Shown here one piece after another: positions 37,837 through 46,398 of a stretch of 64,000 nt of DNA (position 1 is its first letter; each line of letters begins with the position of its first letter). The notes under the pieces are model-generated. The model was not told the origin of the DNA. It did not search any database and was given only the letters and a program-made list of their open reading frames with translations. The stretch spans positions 512,001 through 576,000 of the forward strand of contig CAWDVR010000002.1 in assembly GCA_963805975.1 (NCBI GenBank), given 5' to 3'. The translations under genes were made by a program, and so were the position numbers. The stretch comes from an uncultured Acidobacteriota bacterium (GTDB lineage: Bacteria; Acidobacteriota; Thermoanaerobaculia; Multivoradales; SZUA-115).

Positions 37837-38646
37837 CTAGAGGACGGGTTGCCGGGCCTTCGGAGGTCCCGGCTTGTCAGCCTGGGCCTCGCCGCTCATC
37901 GGCGGCAGCTTGACGGGGATCTTGGTGCGCTTCTCGTAGCCGTCCTCAGTCCTGGTGATGACCACCAGGTTCTGGAGGAAGCGCCCCTCGGGCACCACCA
38001 TCCTGCCGCCGATCCGAAGCTGATCGAGGAGCGGCTGCGGGGTGCGCGGCGGTGCCGTGGTGAGGATGATGGCGTCGAAGGGCGCCTCGTCCGGCCAGCC
38101 CTGGTAGCCGTCACCGATCCGGGTGTGCACGTTGCGGCAGCCCGCGGCCTGGAGATTCGCCTTGGCCTGGCGGCCGAGGTCGGGATCGATCTCGATGGTG
38201 AACACCTGTTGCGCGAGCCTGGACAGCACCGCCGCGTGGTAGCCGGAGCCGGTGCCGATCTCGAGCACCTTGGCGCCGCGGTCGAGCCCCAGGAGCGAGG
38301 TCATGAGCGCCACGATGTACGGCTGATGGACGCTCGAGCTCTTGCCGATGGGCAGCGAGCGGTCCGCGTAGGCGTCGGCCCGCAGCTCCTCGGGCAGGAA
38401 GAGGTGCCGCGGCACCTCGCCCATGGCCGCGAGCAGGCTGGGCGAGGTGATGCCGCGCTCCTTGATCTGCTGCTCGACCATCAGGCGCCGCTGCTCGTCG
38501 AAGGAAAGGTCGGCAGGCGCCGAGAGCGCCTTCGCCGAGGCCGACTGCGCCGAAGCCGGCGGCGCACCGATCAGGAAGGCGGCGAGCGAGAAGCCGAGGA
38601 CGATGGCCGAGGAAGCGAGCGCCGCGCGGCGCGGAGACGAGTGCAC
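37837..38646 (-). CDS. Protein-L-isoaspartate O-methyltransferase homolog, divergent, with signal peptide
   Basis: VPRHLF, VLEIGTGSGY, GDGYQGWP..APFDAI; TISQP is replaced by SVHQP and VRFVPM by VKLPPM. Confidence 0.9.
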   Translation of the reverse strand: MHSSPRRAALASSAIVLGFSLAAFLIGAPPASAQSASAKALSAPADLSFDEQRRLMVEQQIKERGITSPSLLAAMGEVPRHLFLPEELRADAYADRSLPIGKSSSVHQPYIVALMTSLLGLDRGAKVLEIGTGSGYHAAVLSRLAQQVFTIEIDPDLGRQAKANLQAAGCRNVHTRIGDGYQGWPDEAPFDAIILTTAPPRTPQPLLDQLRIGGRMVVPEGRFLQNLVVITRTEDGYEKRTKIPVKLPPMSGEAQADKPGPPKARQPVL

Positions 38647-38653
38647 GATCCGC

Positions 38654-39493
38654 TTAGCGCTTCTGGCGCGCCTCGCCGGTCATCGGCACGAAACGGACCG
38701 CGGCGATGCGCTGGCGCTCGGGCCCGGTCTCGGTGCGCGTGATCACCAGCAGCTCCTGGACGTGGCCGCCGCCCTCGGGAAGCACCATCTTGCCGCCGAT
38801 CTTGAGCTGATCGAGGAGCGGCTTGGGGACCTCGGGCGGCGCGGCGGTGAGGATGATGGCGTCGAAGGGCCCTTCCTCCGGCCAGCCGCGATAGCCGTCG
38901 CCCAACCGGACCTTCACGTTGTCGTAGCCCAGCGACGCGAGCGCGCTGCGGGCCCGCTTGCCCAGGTCGTCGACGATCTCGATGGTGAACACCTTGCCCG
39001 CGATGCGCGACAGCACGGCGGCGTGATAGCCGGAGCCGGTGCCGATCTCGAGCACCTTGGAGCGCTTGTCGAGATGCAGCAGCTCGGTCATCAGGGCCAC
39101 GATGTAGGGCTGAGAGATGGTCTGCCCGTGGCCGATGGGGAGCGGCTTGTCGCGGTAGGCGTGGGAGGCGTAGGCGCTGGGCACGAACTTGTGGCGCGGC
39201 ACCTCGCGCATCGCCTTCAAGACCGCCTTGTCGGTGATGTTGCGCCGGACGATCTGCTCCTCGACCATGGCGTGGCGCTGCGCCGCGAGCTGGTCGGCGG
39301 ACGACTCGGCCTCGACGATGAGCGCCGCGGCGAGCGGCACGGCCAGGCACCCCATGGCGAGCGCCGCCAGCCAGCGGTGGGACCTCGTGCGGCGCTTGGG
39401 GAGGTCGGCCGTGTCCTCGACCGTCCGCGCGCTCGCGAGCGGCGGAGCAGGCGCGGGCAAGGCCCTCGGGGTTCGACCTTCAGCAGCGGGCAC
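38654..39493 (-). CDS. pcm: Protein-L-isoaspartate O-methyltransferase with an N-terminal hydrophobic segment
   Basis: VPRHKFV, GQTISQPYIVA, VLEIGTGSGY, VRFVPM; GTG 39493 follows GAGGAG (start inferred). Confidence 0.92.
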   Translation of the reverse strand: MPAAEGRTPRALPAPAPPLASARTVEDTADLPKRRTRSHRWLAALAMGCLAVPLAAALIVEAESSADQLAAQRHAMVEEQIVRRNITDKAVLKAMREVPRHKFVPSAYASHAYRDKPLPIGHGQTISQPYIVALMTELLHLDKRSKVLEIGTGSGYHAAVLSRIAGKVFTIEIVDDLGKRARSALASLGYDNVKVRLGDGYRGWPEEGPFDAIILTAAPPEVPKPLLDQLKIGGKMVLPEGGGHVQELLVITRTETGPERQRIAAVRFVPMTGEARQKR

Positions 39494-39609
39494 GGTGTGG
39501 AGTCTCCTCGGGAGCAGCCTCATTGTCGCAGCTCGCAGGTGCAAAGAACAAGCCAGCGCGGCGCCCGGCACGGCGCTGGTAGACTGCGCCTTCGCCAAAG
39601 GAGCCTTCG

Positions 39610-40716
39610 ATGGATCGCCGACACTTCCTCGGTGGCATGGTAGCCAGTCTCTCTCTTCCGCTCCTGGCGCGGGAGCCGGACTCACAGACGCCAAGGCCGG
39701 CGCCGGCCCAGGGTGCGTCTTCCTCGGCGGTGGCGGTGGCGAGCGAGAACGGCCTCGAGGCGGTGCGCATCGCCTACCAGGAGCTCACCTCCGGCACCGA
39801 TCCGGTGGATGCCGCGGTCGCCGGGGTGCGCGTGGTGGAGCTCGACCCCGCGGACTATACGGTCGGCTACGGCGGCCTGCCCAACTTCGAGGGCGTGGTG
39901 CAGCTCGACGCCGCGGTGATGCACGGGCCTTCCGGCAAGGCGGGCGCGGTGGCGGCGCTCGAGGGCGTGAAGACGCCGGCGCAGGTGGCGCGCTTGGTGA
40001 TGCAGCGCACCGATCACGTGCTGCTGGTGGGCGAGGGCGCGCGCCGCTTCGCCACCATGCACGGCTTCCCCCACGAGGAGCTCCTCACCGACTTCACCCG
40101 CAAGGTGTGGCTCTACTGGCGCGAGAACCTGTCGCAGCTCGACGACTGGGTGGAGCCTCTCCCCGCGGCGCTCGACCCCGAGGTGCGGCGCTTCGTCGAA
40201 GACCCGGACAACCGCGACCTCTTCCGGCCCGGGCCCGAGCGGCCGACCGGCACCATCCATCTCTCGGCACGCACCGCCAGCGGCGATCTCGGCTGCTGCA
40301 CCACCACCTCGGGCCTGTTCTTCAAGATCCCCGGCCGCGTGGGCGACTCGCCGATCATCGGCGCCGGGCTCTACTGCGACAACGACGTCGGCTCCGCCGG
40401 CGCCACCGGGCGCGGCGAGGCCAGCATCCAGTCCTGCGCCGCGCACACCGCCGTCGAGCACATGCGCGCCGGCCTGGCACCGGAGCAGGCCATCCTGAAG
40501 ACCCTCGAACGGGTGGTGCACCTCAACCGCGAGCCGCTGCTGCGCCGCCGCGACGGCCGGCCCAAGTTCAACCTCCGCCTGTACGCGGTGGACAAGTCTG
40601 GCCGCTACGCCGGCGGCGCGATCTGGGGCGGCCGGAAGTTCGCCGTCGCCGACTCCCGCGGGCCGCGGCTCGAGGAGCAGGCCTACCTCTATCCCAAGAC
40701 GCCCGCCGAGCCGTGA
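39610..40716 (+). CDS. Tat-exported type-2 asparaginase family Ntn hydrolase (glycosylasparaginase / isoaspartyl peptidase-like)
   Basis: MDRRHFLGG Tat motif, VGYGGLPN.EG..QLDA, HVLLVGEGA, autocleavage site G|TI, GRVGDSP, TGRGE. Confidence 0.92.
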   Translation: MDRRHFLGGMVASLSLPLLAREPDSQTPRPAPAQGASSSAVAVASENGLEAVRIAYQELTSGTDPVDAAVAGVRVVELDPADYTVGYGGLPNFEGVVQLDAAVMHGPSGKAGAVAALEGVKTPAQVARLVMQRTDHVLLVGEGARRFATMHGFPHEELLTDFTRKVWLYWRENLSQLDDWVEPLPAALDPEVRRFVEDPDNRDLFRPGPERPTGTIHLSARTASGDLGCCTTTSGLFFKIPGRVGDSPIIGAGLYCDNDVGSAGATGRGEASIQSCAAHTAVEHMRAGLAPEQAILKTLERVVHLNREPLLRRRDGRPKFNLRLYAVDKSGRYAGGAIWGGRKFAVADSRGPRLEEQAYLYPKTPAEP

Positions 40717-42077
40717 GCAAGGCGATCCTGGCTTCACCGTCGCACTCTCTCGAGGCGGTGCGCGAGCGGCTGGCACGCCTGCTGGCCGCCTCGGTGGGAG
40801 ACGCCACCGAGCTGCTGTGGATCGAGACCCGGCGCGGCGAGGCGACGAGCCTGCGGCGCGAGGAGCCGCCGCCCATCGTCGTCCGTCGCACCGTGACCGT
40901 GCGCGTCTCCGAGGGGCCGCGGCTCGGCCGCTACACGACCGAGGACGGCGCCGACGGCGAGCTGGCCGACGCTCTGCGCCTCGCCCTGGCCCACGCCCGC
41001 GCCGAGAGCCCGACCGCCACCCCGTGGGAGCCGCCCGCGGGCGGCGGCGCGAACGGCGACGCACCGGCGGCCGATGTACTTTTCGATCCCGAGGCCGCGG
41101 CGCTCGAGCCCAGGGCGGCCAAGGCGCTCCTCGAGCGTGGCCTGCAGCAGGACGAGGTGGCGCGCCTGCGCTGGGCGACGACGCGGGCGGTGCTCGTCAA
41201 CAGCCGCGGCCTCTGGCGCGCCACGGCGCTGACCGGCGCCGCGCTCGCGATCGAGAGCGGGCGCGGTGCGGGCGCCGGCTCCGCCGAGCGTGCGGCGCGC
41301 ACCTTTGCGCTCCTCGCCCCGGCGGAGCTCGCCGAGCGCGCTCGGGCCTTGCGCTCCGACGAGGAAGCGGCGGCACCGCCGGCGGAGCCCGTGCCCCTGG
41401 TGCTGGGGCCCGTTGCCGCGGCGGCGCTGGTGCATCGGCTGGCGGCCACCGGGCTCGCCGCGGAAGCGTTCGCCCGCGGCGGCGTGCTGGGGGCGGGCGA
41501 CCTCGGCCGGGAGATCTTCTCGCGCGCTTTCTCGCTGGTGGACGACGGCTCGCGCCCGGCGGGCCTTCCCTTCCCGTTCGACTTCGAGGGCCGGCGGCGA
41601 GGGCGGGTGGAGCTGGTGACCCACGGGGTGCTCAAAACGCCGGCGGTGGGCCCTCTTCTGGCGGCCGAGCTGGGGTTGCCGGCCACGCCCCACTACCTCG
41701 GGCCGGACGAGATCCGCCCGCAGCACCTCTTCGTCGAGCCCGGCGCCGGCTCGCGGGAAGACCTGCTGGCCGCCGCCGGTGGCGGTCCGGGGGGCGACGG
41801 CCTCTGGGTGGGCACGCTCGCCGGCCTCGGCCCGGTGGAGCCCTTCGGCTCCTCCTTCCGAGCCATCTGCAGGGGCGTGCGGCAGATCGTCGGGGGACGG
41901 CTCGGGCCACCCGTGGCCCCCTTCCTCTGGCAGGACGATCTCAGGCGCGTGCTCGCCGGGATCCTCGCCGTGGGCAGTGATGCCACCGCCGTGGCGTTCG
42001 ACAGCGAGCTTCGCGGCGCGGTCTCGTCGCCGTCGCTCGCGGTGGGAGCCGGTGGCCTCTTCAGGCCGCCGGCATGA
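40713..42077 (+). CDS. TldD/PmbA (TldE-like) family protein
   Basis: GTG 40713; LVNSRG, VPLVLGP.A, LVDDG......PFDFEG, LVTHGVL; no HExxH motif seen. Confidence 0.75.
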   Translation: MSKAILASPSHSLEAVRERLARLLAASVGDATELLWIETRRGEATSLRREEPPPIVVRRTVTVRVSEGPRLGRYTTEDGADGELADALRLALAHARAESPTATPWEPPAGGGANGDAPAADVLFDPEAAALEPRAAKALLERGLQQDEVARLRWATTRAVLVNSRGLWRATALTGAALAIESGRGAGAGSAERAARTFALLAPAELAERARALRSDEEAAAPPAEPVPLVLGPVAAAALVHRLAATGLAAEAFARGGVLGAGDLGREIFSRAFSLVDDGSRPAGLPFPFDFEGRRRGRVELVTHGVLKTPAVGPLLAAELGLPATPHYLGPDEIRPQHLFVEPGAGSREDLLAAAGGGPGGDGLWVGTLAGLGPVEPFGSSFRAICRGVRQIVGGRLGPPVAPFLWQDDLRRVLAGILAVGSDATAVAFDSELRGAVSSPSLAVGAGGLFRPPA

Positions 42078-43623
42078 CGCGCAGCAGAACCACCGTCTGA
42101 TCGTCACCCTGGGGCTGACCGCCGGCGAACCGGGTGGTGGCCTCGTCCAGGGAGCGGATGATGGCCTCCAGGGATTGCTCGCGGCTGGCGGCGAGGCAGT
42201 CGATCAGGCGCCCGAGCCCGAACTCATCCCCCGCGCGGTTGGCCGCCTCGGTCAAGCCGTCGCTGTACAGGCAGACCAGGTCCCCGGGCGCGAGCTCCAC
42301 GCTCGAGCGCTGGAAGCTGCCGCCGGGAAGGAGACCCACCGGCAGCCCGGTCGACGGTAGCTGGCGCACGTTGCCCGCCAGATCCAGCACCACGCCGGGG
42401 TTGTGGCCGGCGTTGACGTAGCCCAGCCGGCGGGTGGCGGGGTCGAGCTCAGCCACCAGCAGCGTGATGTACTTGGCGGGCGCGCTCGAGTCCAGCACGT
42501 GATGGTTCAGGCGCTCGAAGAGCGTCGGCCCCACCTCGTGGCGGTCGAGCATCAACCGCAGCGCCGAGTGCAGGATCGACACCATCAGGGCGGCCGGCAT
42601 GCCCTTGCCGGAGACGTCTCCCAGGGTCAGCACCCAACGGCCCTCGGCAGTCCGCAGGTAGTTGTAGTAGTCGCCGCCGATGTGGCGCGCCGGGCGGTTC
42701 CAGCCGGCCAGCTCGTAGCCGGGAATGTCGGGCGCGTGCTCGGGCAGGATCTGGCGCTGGATCTCGGCCGCCAGCTCCATCTCGCGCTCCAGGCGCTCCT
42801 TCTCCAGGGCCTGGCGGTGCAGGCGGGCGTTTTCGAGCGCGATCGCCGCCTGGTTGGCGAAGAGCTGCAGAGTGAGGTCGTCCGTGGCGCCGAACGGGCC
42901 GACCCCGCGGCGGCTCTCTTTGTCCGCCACCACCAGCATGCCCCGCGGCGAGCCTTCGATCTTGATCGCCGCCGCCAGCAGGTGGGTGGCGCCAGGCAGG
43001 ACGCCGGCCGGCAGCAACAGCGCCTCGGCGGTGGAGAAGCTCGGCAGCGCGCTGCCTCCCAACGCCCGCGACAGCCCGTAGACGCCCCCCTCCAGCAGGT
43101 AGAGGGCGGCACGGCGCGCATCGAGGAGCGACAAGGCCCAGGAGAGGATGGCCTCGGACAGCGACTCGACGTCGAGCATCGAGGTGATGGCCAGGCCCAC
43201 GTCGTAGAGGGCCTGCTGCTCGACCCCGCGCATACCGGCCGCGAAGTTCTGGCGCTTGAGCTGGCGCTTCAGGCAGCAGATGCGCGCCGCAAGCGCGAGA
43301 AGCGCGGCAAGCGGGCTCGATCCGAGGCCGTCGAGGCCGGGGCCCGCGCCGGGTTCGAAGAGCAGGAGGCCGTCCGGCAGCTTGAAGACGCCGAACCCGT
43401 CGGGCGGGGCGCCGGTCAGAACCTCGGGCAGCTCGCCGTCGCCGTCGCAGAGCTCGAGCTGGAGCATCGAGTCCTGGTTCAGGTAGAGCGCTACGCTGCG
43501 CACCCCGGTGGCCTGCCGGAAACGGGCGAGGACGGAAGGCACGAAGTCCGCCTCGGGAGCGTCCTCCAGGAGGTGGCGGACGAGAGGGCCCCAGCTCGCC
43601 CCGTCGCCGTCGATCCCGTTCAT
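42061..43623 (-). CDS. GAF + SpoIIE/RsbU PP2C phosphatase
   Basis: FANQAAIALENARL, A.EIQ..ILP, GGDYY, GDVSGKG.PAAL, NAGH, YSDGLTEA, DDQT. Confidence 0.95.
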   Translation of the reverse strand: MNGIDGDGASWGPLVRHLLEDAPEADFVPSVLARFRQATGVRSVALYLNQDSMLQLELCDGDGELPEVLTGAPPDGFGVFKLPDGLLLFEPGAGPGLDGLGSSPLAALLALAARICCLKRQLKRQNFAAGMRGVEQQALYDVGLAITSMLDVESLSEAILSWALSLLDARRAALYLLEGGVYGLSRALGGSALPSFSTAEALLLPAGVLPGATHLLAAAIKIEGSPRGMLVVADKESRRGVGPFGATDDLTLQLFANQAAIALENARLHRQALEKERLEREMELAAEIQRQILPEHAPDIPGYELAGWNRPARHIGGDYYNYLRTAEGRWVLTLGDVSGKGMPAALMVSILHSALRLMLDRHEVGPTLFERLNHHVLDSSAPAKYITLLVAELDPATRRLGYVNAGHNPGVVLDLAGNVRQLPSTGLPVGLLPGGSFQRSSVELAPGDLVCLYSDGLTEAANRAGDEFGLGRLIDCLAASREQSLEAIIRSLDEATTRFAGGQPQGDDQTVVLLRVMPAA

Positions 43624-43625
43624 GC

Positions 43626-43979
43626 TCAGGAAGCGCCGAGCCCGGCGACGGCGCTCGGCTCGTCCGGGTAGATACCGGCGTACTGCGCCAAACCCATGAT
43701 CTGGAAAGTCTTCTCGATGGTCGGCGTCAGGTTGCAGAAGGCGAGGCGGCCCTGGACCTCGATCATCTTCTCGATGATCTCGATCAGGATCGAGATGCCG
43801 ATCGAGTTGACGATCTTGGTGCCGGCCAGGTTGAGCAGCAGCTCTCGAACGCCCTGGTCGATCAGCTCGTAGGCCTGGCGGGCGATCTTCTCGCCGCCCT
43901 GGTTGTTGATGTAGCCCTCGGTGTAGAGCACCGCCAGGTTGCCGCGGCGGTCCACTTGCAGGCTCAAGCTCTCGGTCAT
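43626..43979 (-). CDS. STAS-domain anti-anti-sigma factor (RsbV/SpoIIAA-like)
   Basis: 117 aa; LLLNL....VNSIGISIL with the phospho-acceptor Ser, F.IMGL. Confidence 0.9.
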   Translation of the reverse strand: MTESLSLQVDRRGNLAVLYTEGYINNQGGEKIARQAYELIDQGVRELLLNLAGTKIVNSIGISILIEIIEKMIEVQGRLAFCNLTPTIEKTFQIMGLAQYAGIYPDEPSAVAGLGAS

Positions 43980-43995
43980 CGTGGAACCCTCTTCC

Positions 43996-44406
43996 TCAGC
44001 GCGCCTTGCTCATGACCACGGTGGTGCCGTTGCCGCCGGAGTGGATCGTAACCTCGTCCATCAAACCACGGATGATCTTGAGACCATGTCCGCGATGCTT
44101 TGGGGAGCGAAGAGGGCTCGCAGGATCGAAGCCCACGCCATGGTCGCGGACCGTGACGCGCAGGGTCTCCGGCTCCCGCTCTCCGAGCACCGAGAACGTC
44201 AGGTGCACCATGCCGTCCGGGGCGTGACTGTATTCGAAGGCGTTGATGCAGGCCTCGACGACCGCCAAGCGGATCTCGTCGACCTTGTCCGGGCTCATCT
44301 TCATGAACTCGGCGAGCGAGGTGACCGTCTTCGTCGCCGCGATCTCCATGTCAGCGACCATCGGGAGCGCCAACGTGACCTCCCTCAAGACAGCGGGCCC
44401 GGCCAT
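43996..44406 (-). CDS. Anti-sigma factor / Ser kinase (RsbW-like HATPase_c_2)
   Basis: LAVVEACINAFEYS, VRDHGVGFD, RGHGLKIIRGLMDEV, GTTVVM.K. Confidence 0.92.
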   Translation of the reverse strand: MAGPAVLREVTLALPMVADMEIAATKTVTSLAEFMKMSPDKVDEIRLAVVEACINAFEYSHAPDGMVHLTFSVLGEREPETLRVTVRDHGVGFDPASPLRSPKHRGHGLKIIRGLMDEVTIHSGGNGTTVVMSKAR

Positions 44407-44431
44407 TTCCTCGTACGCTCTTCGGAAGGGT

Positions 44432-44593
44432 TCAGAAGGCCAGGTAGAGCTGCAAGAGATACACGACGACCGGGTGAATACGATCCTGCACCAAAAGCCA
44501 GGTGAACCCTGCGAGGCTGGCCACTGAGAACGAGAGCTTCACCGCGACTCGAGGCACCGCGACGGCAACCAGCTTGCGGGCGGATAGTAACAT
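44432..44593 (-). CDS. Small hydrophobic membrane protein (53 aa)
   Basis: GAGAGGAGG RBS, then MLLSARKLVAVAVPRVAVKLSFSVASLAGFTWLLVQDRIHPVVVYLLQLYLAF; lies directly downstream of a sigma-54 promoter. Confidence 0.7.
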   Translation of the reverse strand: MLLSARKLVAVAVPRVAVKLSFSVASLAGFTWLLVQDRIHPVVVYLLQLYLAF

Positions 44594-44622
44594 GGGGTCC
44601 TCCTCTCCCTGCCCGCCGACAA

Positions 44623-44638
44623 CGCAAGGCCGCTGCCA
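44623..44638 (-). promoter_or_regulatory. Sigma-54 (-24/-12) promoter
   Basis: TGGCAGCGGCCTTGCG = GG-N10-GC, close to the TGGCAC-N5-TTGC consensus, 30 nt before ATG 44593. Confidence 0.8.
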
Positions 44639-44733
44639 GCGCACCGAGATCCAGAGGCGATGCCCCAAGTTGTTTGTTTGGAGTGGTTTCCGGAGAGTGT
44701 ATTGCGGCTCGTCCCGCTCCTGTCCGAGTTGAA

Positions 44734-44849
44734 GCGAGACAAAATGCCTCAAGTCTCTTCAAAAACCACCAAAAACATTCAGTTTTTCCTTATTTTTCAT
44801 AGACTTCTACCACATGAGACACTTCGTCTCGCATGAGACACGCTGCCCC
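44734..44849. promoter_or_regulatory. Putative enhancer (UAS) sites GAGAC-N5-GTCTC flanking an A/T tract
   Basis: GAGACaaaatGCCTC 44736-44750, GAGACacttcGTCTC 44816-44830, GAGACacgctGCCCC 44835-44849. Confidence 0.6.
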
Positions 44850-44866
44850 GCTCGCCGGAGCAGGCC

Positions 44867-46351
44867 TCAGAAGCCCTTGCGGAGCAGTGTGCGGCGATCC
44901 ACACCCAGGATTTTCGCTGCCGCGCTCTTGTTGCCCGCCGTCATGCGCAGCACTCGTGCGATGTGCTGCTGTTCCACGGCACCGAGGTCCAGAAGCTGGC
45001 CGTCGGCCTCGGCCGGGGCCTGGCTCACTCCCATCAGCGAGCTCAAGAGCTCGGGCGTGACCTCCCCCTCGGCGAGTGAGAGGGCGCCCTCGATCAGGTT
45101 CTTGAGCTCGCGCACGTTGCCGGGGTAGCCGTGCCGCATCAGGAGCGCCAGGGCCTCGGGAGTCACGGGCGAGCTCTCGATCCCTTCTCGCCGGACGAAG
45201 TCCTCGGCAAAAGAGCGCACCAGATGGGGAATGTCCTCCCGCCGCTCGCGCAGCGGCGGGAGCTGGAGCTCGACGCCCTTGAGCCGGTAGTAGAGATCCT
45301 CCCGAAACGAGCCTTCGACTACCAGGGCCTCGAGATCACGGTGCGTAGCCGCCACCACCCGCACGTCCACCGGGATGGGCCGCCGGCCGCCCACGCGGAC
45401 CACTTCGCGCTCCTGGAGGGCGCGGAGCAGCTTCACCTGGGTGGCGGGCGGCATGTCGCCGATCTCGTCCAGAAAGAGGGTGCCGCCGTCCGCCAGCTCG
45501 AGCGTACCGGCGCGGGCCGTGACCCCGGTCGCGACACCGCCCTCGATACCGAACAGCTCGGCCTCGAGGAGCGAGTCCGGCAGGGCGGCACAGTTGAGCG
45601 CGATGAGCGAGCCGCTGCGGCCCGAGGAGAGGTGGAGGAGCTTGGCGATCAGCTCCTTGCCCGTTCCGCTCTCGCCGCGCACCAGCACGGAGACGCCGCG
45701 CGGCGCCACCCGCTCGGCGATCTCGAGCACCCGCCGCATGGGCGGCGCATGGGCCACGATGCGCTGCCCGGCCACCTCCTGCGCGAGCTGGCCCTTGAGG
45801 ATCTTGTTCTCCTCTTCCAGGCGCTCGCGCTGGGTGCGGAGCTGCTCCACTTTGCGCGCGCTGTCGAGCGACACGGCGGCGAGCGCGGCCACCGAGTCCA
45901 GGAAGCGGCGGTCGTCCTCGGTGAAGGGCGAGGTGCCCTCGCCCCGCGCCTCCTTGTCGAGGAGCGCGAGGTAGCCCAGAAACACACCCCGGTAGTTGAG
46001 CGGCACCGCCAGCAGCTCGCCGTACTCGCGGCCGGCCAGCCGGCCGTCCGGCCGCACCAGCAGGCGGCCCACGGTCAGGAGCTCGGTCCAGATCGGAGCC
46101 GAGAGCAGCACCTCGCCGTCCGGCGGGCGCTCGCCCCAACCTACCGTGGCCAGGGCCTGGGGACGGCCGTAGGCGTCGCGGGTGACGGCGATCGCCGCCG
46201 CCGGGTCGAGCACCGGGAAGACGCGCTCCAGCACCTCCTCCAGCACCTTCTCCTCGGAGCGCCCGGCGTGGAGAGCCACCGCGAGGTCGTACAGGGTCTC
46301 GAGCTGGAGGAGCCGGCGCTTTTCGGCAAAGGCGGTGAGGCGGGCTTCCAT
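44867..46351 (-). CDS. GAF + sigma-54-dependent Fis-family activator with variant loop GVATGV
   Basis: GESGTGKE, LFLDEIG, FREDLYYRL, PGNVREL, AAKILGVDRRTL. Confidence 0.93.
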   Translation of the reverse strand: MEARLTAFAEKRRLLQLETLYDLAVALHAGRSEEKVLEEVLERVFPVLDPAAAIAVTRDAYGRPQALATVGWGERPPDGEVLLSAPIWTELLTVGRLLVRPDGRLAGREYGELLAVPLNYRGVFLGYLALLDKEARGEGTSPFTEDDRRFLDSVAALAAVSLDSARKVEQLRTQRERLEEENKILKGQLAQEVAGQRIVAHAPPMRRVLEIAERVAPRGVSVLVRGESGTGKELIAKLLHLSSGRSGSLIALNCAALPDSLLEAELFGIEGGVATGVTARAGTLELADGGTLFLDEIGDMPPATQVKLLRALQEREVVRVGGRRPIPVDVRVVAATHRDLEALVVEGSFREDLYYRLKGVELQLPPLRERREDIPHLVRSFAEDFVRREGIESSPVTPEALALLMRHGYPGNVRELKNLIEGALSLAEGEVTPELLSSLMGVSQAPAEADGQLLDLGAVEQQHIARVLRMTAGNKSAAAKILGVDRRTLLRKGF

Positions 46352-46398
46352 GACTGGGACAGCCTACCGCAGGCGTGGGGCATTTCGCCGCAGCTTAC

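Noticed and set aside
39494-39694. Longer N-terminal extensions in the ORF track (pcm here; also nadD, rsfS, rplU, sdhB, sdhC, smpB, amidase, TldE-like)
   Set aside because: They overlap neighbouring genes or lack an RBS; downstream starts fit family N-termini better.
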